From NCBI RefSeq assembly GCF_009914755.1, contig NC_060947.1: a stretch of DNA of 64,000 bases; one strand, given 5' to 3'. Shown piece by piece: positions 49,912 through 64,000 of this stretch. This DNA comes from the human T2T-CHM13v2.0 reference genome, Homo sapiens. Positions within the stretch are counted from its first letter, which is position 1; the number at the start of each line of letters is the position of its first letter. Position numbers and translations under genes: made by a program. The notes below the pieces were generated by a model. The model did not search any database. It was not told the DNA's origin and was given only the letters and a program-made list of their open reading frames with translations.

Positions 49912-50340
49912 TAGCCCATTCTTCAAGAGGAATTCATAGTACCTTTCCTATTTATGCCCAGGGGTTTTTTTTAAAGATAGAATCTAAGAAATTATATTGT
50001 CTAACTCACATCCTTAAGCAGAAGTGAGAATTAAGGACTTTATTCATTTTTAGGAACCCATACATTATAAAATTACTATAATTTGATCTTTCTTTTACTC
50101 TATTTGCTGTTTACCATATAAATATACCTTGTACTTTCACATAGTTTGGTTTTTAAGAAGTCAAAATATATTTGAGAATTCAGTGAGGCCTCGAAAAAGG
50201 ACTCCTCTTACTGTTGCAAAGACATAGCAATTTTAAACCTGTCTGGATATCTTTTATTTAATATCTTATAGGTCAGCCTTATTTACATAATCTGGCCAAA
50301 AGCAAAATAGTGGTATATCTGTTTACTAGTAAAATATTAG

Positions 50341-53501
<3,161 letters not shown>

Positions 53502-56500
53502 AATATTAGAGAGGACAAGGAGGATTTTGATGTTTAATATGTCTCTCATGGAAATGCAGACAGGTCAAATTCAAATGAATTTTCTTTTACAATGTCCAGG
53601 AACCCCAAGTTTTAATAGATTGATACAACTTATCAAATTATAGCTATTTGTATTTTAATTAAAATTCAAAGAAAAACTAAATGTGTCTTTATTGGCTATA
53701 TTATTTTATTTGAATTGGAGTATAGAGCCTTTTACTGCTATCTCCAGAGTAGAGATTGAAAATAATATGCTAAGTCAATTATAATGCAGTATTGATAAAA
53801 CTAATTTTCCCTTTGATAATTAAAAAGCACAATGAAAACATGTAATTAAATTTTTTTTTCCATCTCAATTCCAGACGCAGAATTTCTACATTGGCCATCA
53901 AGGGTTTTCCTTGCCCCAACTTTATTATCTCTCATTCTCTTTTAGTATGTACCCAGGATATTCCTTAGTTTGATGTGGGAATACAAGTAAAATCTGACCA
54001 GCCTTAGTAGTTTTCTCTCCCAATGCTCCCAAATTCTTACTTATATCATGTTTTCCTTGTTCTGTTCTATTTCACATTCAGTCCACGTGTTAGCTTCAAA
54101 GCTCAACATATCTTTCTTTTTCCTTTAATTTGCTTTTCCAAAACCTGAAGAGCTGTAACTGTTCCCCTTAAAACTTTCATGTGCTTTTAGTAGCTGAATA
54201 TGCTCAGTTGTCAAGAAAGGATTTTGTTTCAAAATGAGTTTACCATCTTTCCAAATATGCATCAGAATTCTACAGTTTTCTAGTTTCTCACTCGTTTTTA
54301 GAGGTTTTAATAAATATATGTACAAAATACCAGCTAGTATACTATCTGCTTGGAAATATGTATTTTTAAATTGCCATAATATTCTGTTTTCACTTAAGAT
54401 TTTTATCTTATCAATGATGAAGAATATTGACCCATTTTAGTATCTGTATATATCTAGTTTTAATAATAGTACACGTAAAAACTTAGTAAAGAGAAAGCTT
54501 TTTAAACAAGAGCTAGTTCCATTTGATTTCTAAGTAACAGAAATTATAGCTATATTCTTTTATAACTACACTTTTACTAAAACGAAGAGAAAAATTGCAT
54601 TCTATAATTTTAATAAACCTGGTGACTTTTGTACAAACAGCAAGACTTTTTATTTTAAATCTCCAAGAGTCTAAATCAACAAGTCTAAATATGAATACAG
54701 GAAGTACTTTAGGAAATCTTTCCTGTGAGAATGTCAAAGACATTATACAAAGAACAAGTCCTACCAGAAGTAATTGAAATTATGCATGAGTACCAGTTCT
54801 ATCCAAGTTTTTATATGGGTATATATTTAAATGTTCCACATTTTAATAAGTTATACTAAAATCTGGGCATATAAAGAGATTTAGTAAAATTCTAATAAAC
54901 TGCTTGGAAAAATACATGAATCTTTTACTTTCATTGACACATATAATCAAGAACTATTACTAGATAAGGTAATTTTTCAAAACTACTCAATGAAAGAAAA
55001 ATGGGCCCTCTTAGGTTAGTTTTAAGCAAAGTGGCCTAAGAATGGAAAGCACTACTGAAGATCCCTTGCCTGATGCTTTTAAACTACATTATGAATGAAT
55101 TGTAGAAACTATGGAATGTCAAGAAAGGTAGTAATTGAGTTTATGCCTTAAAGTTTTTAGATGGGCAAATAAGTATCTTCTACATATTATCACAGAATAT
55201 GTAAACATAACTTGTTTCATATAGTTAGTAAGATAGTTACTAACTGTATGTAATATAGTTATTATCTTAATAAGATAGTTTCATAACCAGGACTATCTTA
55301 CTAAGTTTTTAAATAGAAGTAATGGGTTTCCTACATGATAATGTAGATCAAAATTGTAGTTTAACCAACATAACTGATTTTTTCTTGCCTTGATAAGAAT
55401 AAGGTGCTTCCTATGACCATAATATAAATTTGGAAAATGATTTTTAGCTGTGGGGGTAGATTTATTTCTAAGTTGGGAAACCAGAAACTATTAAAAATGA
55501 AATTCACACCCTTTAAATTGTGGACTATGAACAGGATCCTATTTAAGATAAGCTTCTGATATTTGAGAAAAGCATTTGTTTATATTTTTTTGTTTTAATT
55601 ATTGGTTTTACAGGTCAACTCTGGCCCCCAAACCACCATTTATTATACCGAGTTTATGAAGTATTCTAATTTAAATATAGTATTTTGTAGAAATTTACAC
55701 ATAAAGAAATGTTAATCTTTGCTTTGTCTTTCCTTCACTTTTAGAGCCATATGATAATTGTAAAATCAATGTCAGATAATAAAAATGAAACAGATTAAGA
55801 ATACCTGCTATAGAGTTAACAATCTATGTTGCTTTCTAGATGTGATTGGATTTTGCTCAGGCACTAAAAGTCTGATGAGTGCCAAGTTTATTTGTCGTAA
55901 GTGTGAACACCCAAATAAATGGAGAGAAATATAGATATTTATCCAAGTATATATATAAAACACCATGGGTAAAAGTTTCCATTCAAAAGAGCCAGAGCAA
56001 AAATGTTCAAAAACTTTAAGTTTAGTTCCTTGAATAATCTACTTTATTACACTCTTCAAAATTTCAAACATTAAACTACCATCTTTGAAGGTAAATGTTT
56101 TTTATTTTATTTCTTTTGTCATTTTTTTAAATTTTCTAACCACCTACTGCCTGTTGATGAAGGTGAAGGTTTTAACGTGACTTTATGAATACTTAAGAGG
56201 CAATAATGGATAGAACTGACATACTTGTCATCACTCTTATAAATTTATGTTTAGGGTTTCATTGCTTAAGAGGTAATTTTTTTCCCTCTGGGATACTTTT
56301 CCTGTAGTTTAGAACAATAGATAAACTGATGATTCAGTCATTTAAATTAAAGGAATGTGCTGTGCTTGAGATCCAGACTACAACCATGAATTTTCCAACC
56401 TGTATTTGCAAAAATGTAATTCCTCGTTCAAACAGCTAAACTTAATATTAAGTTGTCAAGTATGTGATTTGTCAAAATAAGCATTTAAAAAAAAAAAGAA

Positions 56501-56625
56501 GGGAATTGTTGCAATTTGAGACCTATACTCTCTAATCATTAATTTTTCCTTTATTGGCTTCTTCTACCTTACCCTTTCATTTACACATTGATTTGAATAC
56601 TCCTTAACTTTCCTTGAATCCTATC

Positions 56626-58920
56626 TATACTCATCTGTTCTCACGCTGCTATGATGAAATACCCAAGACTGGGTAATTTATAAAGAAAAGAGGTTTAATT
56701 GACTCACAGTTCTGCGTGGCTGGGGAGGCCTCAGGAAACTTACAATCATGGTGGAAGGCACCTCTTCACAGGGTGGCAGGAGAGAAAATGAGTGCTGAGC
56801 GAAGGGGGAAGCCCCTTATAAAACCATCAGATCTCATGAGAACTCACTCACTATCATGAGAACAGCATGGGAGAAACTGCCCATGATTCAATTATCTCCA
56901 CCTAGTCCTGCCCTTGACACGTGGGGATTATTACAATTCAAGGTGAGATTTGGGTGGTGACACAGAGCCAAACCATATCATTCCACCCCTGGCCCCTCCC
57001 AAATCTCATGTCATGTCCTCATATTTCAAAACACACTCATGCCCTACCAACAGCCCCCTAAAGTCTTAATTCATTCCCATATTAACCCAAAGTCTGGGTC
57101 CAAAGGCTCATCTGAGATAAAGCAAGTCCCATCCACCTATAAGCCTGTAAAATCAAAAGCAAGTTAGTTACTTCCTAGAGACAATGGGGGTACAGGCATT
57201 GGATAAATACACTATTCCAAATGGGAGAAATTGGCCAAAACAAAGGGGCTACAGGCCCCATACAAGTCTGAAATCCAGCGGGGCAGCCAAATCATAAAGC
57301 CCTGAAATGGTCTCCTTTGACTCCATGTCTCATATCTAGGTCACACTGATGTGAGAGGTGGGCTGCCACAGCCTTGGGCAGTTCCACCCCTGTAGCTTTG
57401 CAGGGTACAGCCCCCCTCCTGGCTGCTTTCACAGGCTAGCATTGAATGCCTGCAGCTTTTCCAAGTGCAAGGTGCAAGCTGTCAGTGGATCTACCATTCT
57501 GGGGTCTGAAGGATGGTGGCCCTCTTCTCATAGCTCCACTAGGCAATGCTCCAATGGGGACTCTATGTGGGGGCTCCGACCCCACATTTTCCTTCCATAC
57601 TGCTCTAGCAGAGGTTCCCCCATGAGGACTCCACCCCTGCAGCAAACTTCTGCCTGGACATCCAGGCATTTCCATACATCCTCTGAAATCTAGGCAGAGG
57701 TTTCCAAACCTCAGTTCTTGACTTCTGTGCACCTGTGACTTCTGTGCATCTGTAGCCCAACACCATGTGTAAGCCACTAAGGCTTGGGGCTTGCACCCTC
57801 TGAAGCAATGGCCCGAACTGAACCTTGGCCTCTTTTAGCCACAGCTGGAGCTGAAGCAGCTGGGATGCAGGGGACCATGTCCTGAGGCTGCATAGAGCAG
57901 GGGGGCCCTGGGCCAGGTTCACGAAACCATTTTTCCCTCCTAGGCTTCCAGGCCTGTGATGGGAGGGGCTGACGTGAAGATCTCTGACATGCCCTGGAGA
58001 CATCCAAATTTGGTGATTAACATTCGGCTCCTGTTGCTTACACAAATCTCTGTGGCTGGCTTGAATTTCTCCCCAGAAAATGAGTTTTTCTTTTCCGTCA
58101 CATCATCAGTCTACAGATTTTCCAAACTTTTTGCTCTGCTTCCTCTTGAACACTTTGCTGTTTAGAAATTTCTTCCATCAGATATCCTAAATCATCTCTC
58201 TCAAGTTCAAAGTTCCACAGATCTCTAGGGCAGGAGCAAAATGCCACCAGTCTTTTCACTAAAGCTCCATTTCCCAAGAAGTTCCTCATCTCCATCTGAG
58301 ACCACCTCAACCTGGACTTCATTATCCATATTACTATCAGCATTTTGGTCAAAGCCATTCAACAAGTCTATAGAAGTCCATTGTCCATATTACTATCAGC
58401 ATTTTGGTCAAAGCCATTCAACAAGTCTATAGGAAGTTCCAGACTTTCCCACATCTTTCTGTCTTCTTCTGAGACCTCCAAACTGTTCCAACCTCTGCCT
58501 GTTACCCAGTTCCAAAGTTGCTTCCACATTTCTGGGTATCTTTACAGCAGCGCCCCACTACCTGGTACCAATTTACTATATTAGTCCTTTCTTACACTGG
58601 TATGAAGAAATACCCAAGACTGGGTAATAAAGCAAAGAGGTTTAATTGACTCACAATTCCACATGGCTGGGAAGGCCTCAGGAAACTTACTATCATGGCA
58701 GAAGGCACCTCTTCACAGGGTGGAAGGAGAGAGAATGAGTACTGAGTGAAGGGGGAAGCCCCTTATAAAACCATCAGATCTCTTGAGAACTCACTCACTA
58801 TCATGAGAACAGCATGAGGTAAACCGTCCCCATGATTCAGTTATCTCCATCTGGTCCCATGCTTGACACATGGGGATTATTACAATTCAAGATGAGATTT
58901 GGGTGGGGACTCAGAGCCAA
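56626..58920 (-). mobile_element. Near full-length THE1 (MaLR, THE1D-like) element: LTR 56626-56980, internal 56981-58576, LTR 58577-58920
   Basis: Two ~350-bp direct repeats (gaaatacccaagactgggtaat...gagatttgggtgg...cagagccaa) enclosing THE1-internal sequence; right LTR lacks terminal accatatca. Confidence 0.9.
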
Positions 58921-59199
58921 TCTTAATGTCCAGCCCTGCTAGGGCTTGTACTGGCTTCTTGGATTTCAAACTAAAGTACCACTGGATTGGTCCACCCTAA
59001 GCTGCTACTTTTCCTCTGCCTCAGTCATGGGCATTCTTTATCTTACTTAAGCTACTAAGGTTTACTAAAGTTTAAGGGATGAACTTAAGTGAGTCTTTTC
59101 TTCTTTTTTTTTTTTAGCACTCCTAGTAATAACTTGCAATAGCTGGTGTAGTTATAATCCATAGAAGCTGGGTAACTGATATGTTTTAAGAGTAAAACT

Positions 59200-60130
59200 T
59201 TGGTGTTCATAAAGTTTTATGTGGAAATACAAAAGACTCAGAGTAACTAAAACAGTATTGACAAGGAAAAACAAAGTTGGAAGACTCATGCTTTCCAATT
59301 TCAAAACTTATTATACAGCTATAGTAAACAAGACATTGTGATACTGGCATAAGGGGAGACATGTAGATCAATGTAATATAGTTGAGACTCTAGAAATACA
59401 TTCTTACATTTATGGTCAGTTAATTTTCAACAAGAAGGCCAAGCTAACTCAATGGGGGAAAGAACTATTTTCAACAAATGGTGCTGAAACAATGGACAGC
59501 AACATACTCCCCACCCCCAAAAAGATGTTGTACTCTTTTCTTAAAACATACACAAAAATTAAATTAAAATGGATCAAAGACCAAAATGTAAGAGCTGAAA
59601 CTATGAAACTCTCAGAGAACACATAGGAGTTAATCTTCATGATCTTGAATTAGGCAATTGTTTATAGATATGACAACAAAAGCATGTGACCTTAAAGAAA
59701 AAATAGGTAAATTGGATTACATCAAAATTAAAAACTTTTGTGCTACAAATGATATCATCAAGAAAGTGAAAAGACAACCCACAGAATGGAGGAAATATTT
59801 GCCAATTATATGTCTGGTAAGGGACTGCTGTCTAGAATGTATGAAGAACTCTTACAACTAAATAATAAAAGGCAAACAACCCAATTTTAAAAATGGTTAA
59901 AGGATTTGAATAGACTTTTCTCCAAAGAAAATAAAGAAATGGCCAATAAGCACATTAAAAGATTTTTCATATCATTAGTCAATAGAGAAATGCAAATCAA
60001 AAGCATAATGAGATACCATTTCATACCCACTAGGGTGGCTATAATTAAAAAGAAATATAATACTGTTGAGGAGAATGTGAAGAATTGAAACTCTCATGTA
60101 TTGCTGTTGGGAATGTAAAATGGTACAACC
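59200..60130 (+). mobile_element. Old L1M ORF2 3' fragment
   Basis: Degenerate ORF2 peptides in track (KLDYIKIKNFCA, REMQIKSIMRYHFIPTR). Confidence 0.8.
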
Positions 60131-60690
60131 CTCCCACCCCATACTTTCTGTCCTCTAATAACCATCATTCCACTCTATACTTTTATGAGCTCAACTTTTT
60201 ACCTCCTTCATATGAGTGAGAACATATGGTATTTATCTTTCTGTGCCTGACTTATTTCACTTAACATAATGTTCTCCATGTTCATCCATGTCGCTGCAAA
60301 TGAAAATGTTTCATTCTTTTTTGGGCTGAATAGTATTCCATTGTAAAAATTTATCACATTCTCTGTATCCATCCATCTGTTGGTGGACATTTAGGTTGAT
60401 TTCATATCTTGGCTATTTTGAGTAGTGCTGCAAGAAACATAGGGGTATAATTTATATATTTGTGCTTATTTAACATTGCATGCCTGTATCAACACATCCT
60501 CATAAGCAATTGGTATTTTCAATGTTTTGGGTTTTAATAGGTGTGTAATGTTGTTTTAATTTGCAATTACCCAGTGACATCTGATGTTGAACCTCTTTCA
60601 TATGATTATTTGCCATTTATATCTTCCTTGGTGAGGTATCTATTTAGATCTTTTGCCCACTTTTTAATGGGTCCTTTATTTTTTTAAACA
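60130..60690 (-). mobile_element. Old L1M (L1MA/MB-like) 3' fragments, opposite orientation
   Basis: gagtgagaacatatggtatttatctttctgtgcctgacttatttcacttaacataatg; ORF 60208..60390 (SFAATWMNMENIMLSEISQAQKDKY). Confidence 0.75.
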
Positions 60691-61782
60691 TAGTTTTAAT
60701 TCTTTGAATATATTTATAATAGCTACTTTATAGTCTTTATTTACAAAATCCAACAAGTGGGCCCCCTCAAGACACTTTCTATTGGTTGCTTTTTTAAGTT
60801 CTTGTTTCTATTTTTAAGCCTGACTTCCTTGGATCACCCCCTGAATCAGTATAATTTAGTGGTTATTCAGTGATGGGTTAGATTTCCTTAAATGCCTTAT
60901 GCTACCAAATATTCTACCTTTTTCTCAAGGATATCTGTGTGAAGGTATATGTCAAACTTCAGGCAATTTTCACATCAGCTTTAGCTTTTATTCCCTGCTT
61001 TCAAAGATAGCCAGAGTTGAGTGACTGGGGCTTTCTTCTGTCCCATTTCTTTCCTAGGCATGTTCACAGCCCTGTACATGTATTCATTCTTCTAGATCCC
61101 CAAGAATATGTTGCAGCCCTTCAAAGTTCCACATCATCATCTGGTTTTTCAGGTCTTCCTTTTAAATCTTTAGCCAGGCTCTTGTTTGCTCTAGCTGAAA
61201 TCATAGCCTTGGACAGCTGGGTTGTTACCAACCAATTGCTATTGTTTTCTATAATACCCTGGGAACAGAGTTTTTTCACCAAGCTGAGCTGTGAATAAAA
61301 TCAAATGATAACAACACCCTGGGAATAGAGATTTTCCAGGGAGTTGCAAGTTTGGTCAAATATTGTCTATGCCCTAGGGATAGGGCTTTTAATGAAACTC
61401 CAAAAGATCCACTGGTTGCCATACTGCTGGCTTTCATTTCTGAGCTTGGGCAGGTGGATAGAGTTAAAAGACCCACAGACTCTTCTGGTCTTACTCAGGC
61501 AGGCTCATTAGTTTTTCTCGAATAGGTGCTTTTCAGTTTATTGCATGCCTTTGGTTAATTCCAGTGTTCTGAAATGGTTTATTTTGAATGTTTTGCCACT
61601 ATTTTGTTGCTTTTGTTGGGGAGTGTGTTCACAGGGGTTCTGAGCTTGCCATTCTAGAAGTCAGGTTGTTGACATATCTAATTTTGATAGGTATGTCTCT
61701 GAGATATTGCTTTAATATTTGTTATGTATACAGATTGTGGCTTATAAATAACAGTAAACATTAGAACTTTTTTTTCTTGTAG

Positions 61783-61995
<213 letters not shown>

Positions 61996-62492
61996 TAAAC
62001 CTATGGGCTGAAACATTTGGTGAAAAGTAAAAATCTTAAAAGCAGACTAGAAGGTATCACAACTGAAAACTCTTCTTTTGGGACTTGAAAAGTTTTCCAG
62101 CAGGTACTACTGTGTAACTTATTTAGTTCCACTGTACACAAGGACTATTATCAGGAATGAAGATAAAAGATAAAAGTTGGACATTGGGGATTTTTACAGA
62201 TACATAATAGTCGTACATATTTATTGACATTGGGTTTTATTTGCATGGATTTCTAATCCTTACATAGATGTGATTTGGGGAGAATGATGGTTTAAAGCTT
62301 TGCCTCCCAAGTATAACACTTTTACCATTTTTATATGAGTTTAGCTAAGAATTAAAATAGTAAATTAAGCTGCTATGCTCACATGAGTTTAAAAGATTTT
62401 CATGATGACAAGGATTCAGTGTTTCACCCCTGGGTGAATACTGATTTTGGTTTTCTATGTTCTTAATTTCTATAGATGTTGTTTCAAGGTAA

Positions 62493-62783
<291 letters not shown>

Positions 62784-63140
62784 TAAGCTAAAGCAAAAGA
62801 ATTACAAAGATGGTTAATACAAAGTCTTACTCATCTTGAGTTCGGACTAGTCAAAGAAAGAAAGGTAAGTAGTTATCTATACCTTACCTATCTATCCACA
62901 CATCCAGCATCTGAGCACATTAGTTTATTAGGCAAGATATGTATACTGGGGGAATCTTTAGTGTCAACAGTCAGTTAAGGGGGAAAAAAGCTCATGAAAT
63001 TGGTATTCTGTTGGATAAATTAGTAGCTTGACATAGATTCTAGTGTAAAGCTCTTTTCTGTTTGTGCTCAGAAATCACTTAAGCATAAGGCTAAATATCA
63101 AGGTAATGAAATCCAATTATTTATGTATATATGGAAATAG

Positions 63141-63407
<267 letters not shown>

Positions 63408-64000
63408 TGACTTAACTATGAGCCCAACTGTGTGTATGTTCCAAATAAAATCACATCAAATCCAATTCCACTAATTTGGAAGTGGCGATTATAAGGAAAG
63501 AGATGGGGGTGAGATAGATAGAGCATAGTATTAATGTAAGTAGGATGGTAGTGGGAATACTTAGGAGAATTGATATTTCATTATTTTTCTTTTTCACTTA
63601 ACAAATGTTTATTGAACTTCTGCTCTATAAAAGATACTCTGCTAGGTACTTAAGGCTATATAAAGATGTATCAGATAAGGGTCCTCCCTTAAAAGTATGT
63701 AGACCAGGAGACATTAAAGCATATTCATTAAGAAACAAAAATCAAGTGAGAAAAACTGTTAGAGAAATATAAATTCCTGTCATGATTTATAACAAGGAGA
63801 AACTATTTTTCATCTGGAGGAGTCAGAGAAGGCTTCGTGGAAAAGGTAGCATTTGCAAGTCTTAAAAATTGGTGAATTTTGGACATATGGAAATGGAATG
63901 AAAAGAACATGCCAGGTGATGGAATCCATGTAACCGAACATAGGTAGAGGTAAACGTAAAGTATGTATAGGACCATGTTTGTTTAGTTTGGTAGAAACAT

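Noticed and set aside
57358-58584. Dense overlapping ORFs of 60-146 aa
   Set aside because: THE1/MaLR internal sequence, GC-richer and fragmented; no intact coding frame

Overview
Primate (human-like) genomic DNA, recognisable as the X-linked RNF128-TBC1D8B locus. Both genes are on the + strand. The window holds the last five coding exons and 3' UTR of RNF128/GRAIL (RING-H2 E3 ligase, stop at 18231, poly(A) signals near 19500), a ~5.6 kb intergenic gap, and the CpG-rich promoter and coding exons 1-10 of TBC1D8B (GRAM-GRAM-TBC Rab-GAP; ATG at 25372; gene continues past the window). All exons have GT-AG boundaries and consistent phases. The rest is mostly transposon-derived: Alus, L1PA/L1M fragments, MaLR LTRs, a near-full-length THE1 element, Tigger/MER DNA-transposon relics and MIR/L2. 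The long ORFs in the track are decayed L1 ORF2 or repeat-derived. I see no evidence for a new protein-coding system. The unusual content is structural. (1) A ~470-bp hairpin element with ~170-bp arms in TBC1D8B intron 1 is present twice, the second copy fused to an inverted copy of a distant 125-bp segment with micro-hairpins at both junctions. (2) An L1 fragment has an inverted rather than direct target-site duplication. (3) A ~115-bp inverted repeat encloses an AT-rich minisatellite between the RING exons of RNF128. (4) A composite direct repeat brackets TBC1D8B exon 3. Repeat subfamily names, percent identities and edges of old repeats are by-eye estimates.
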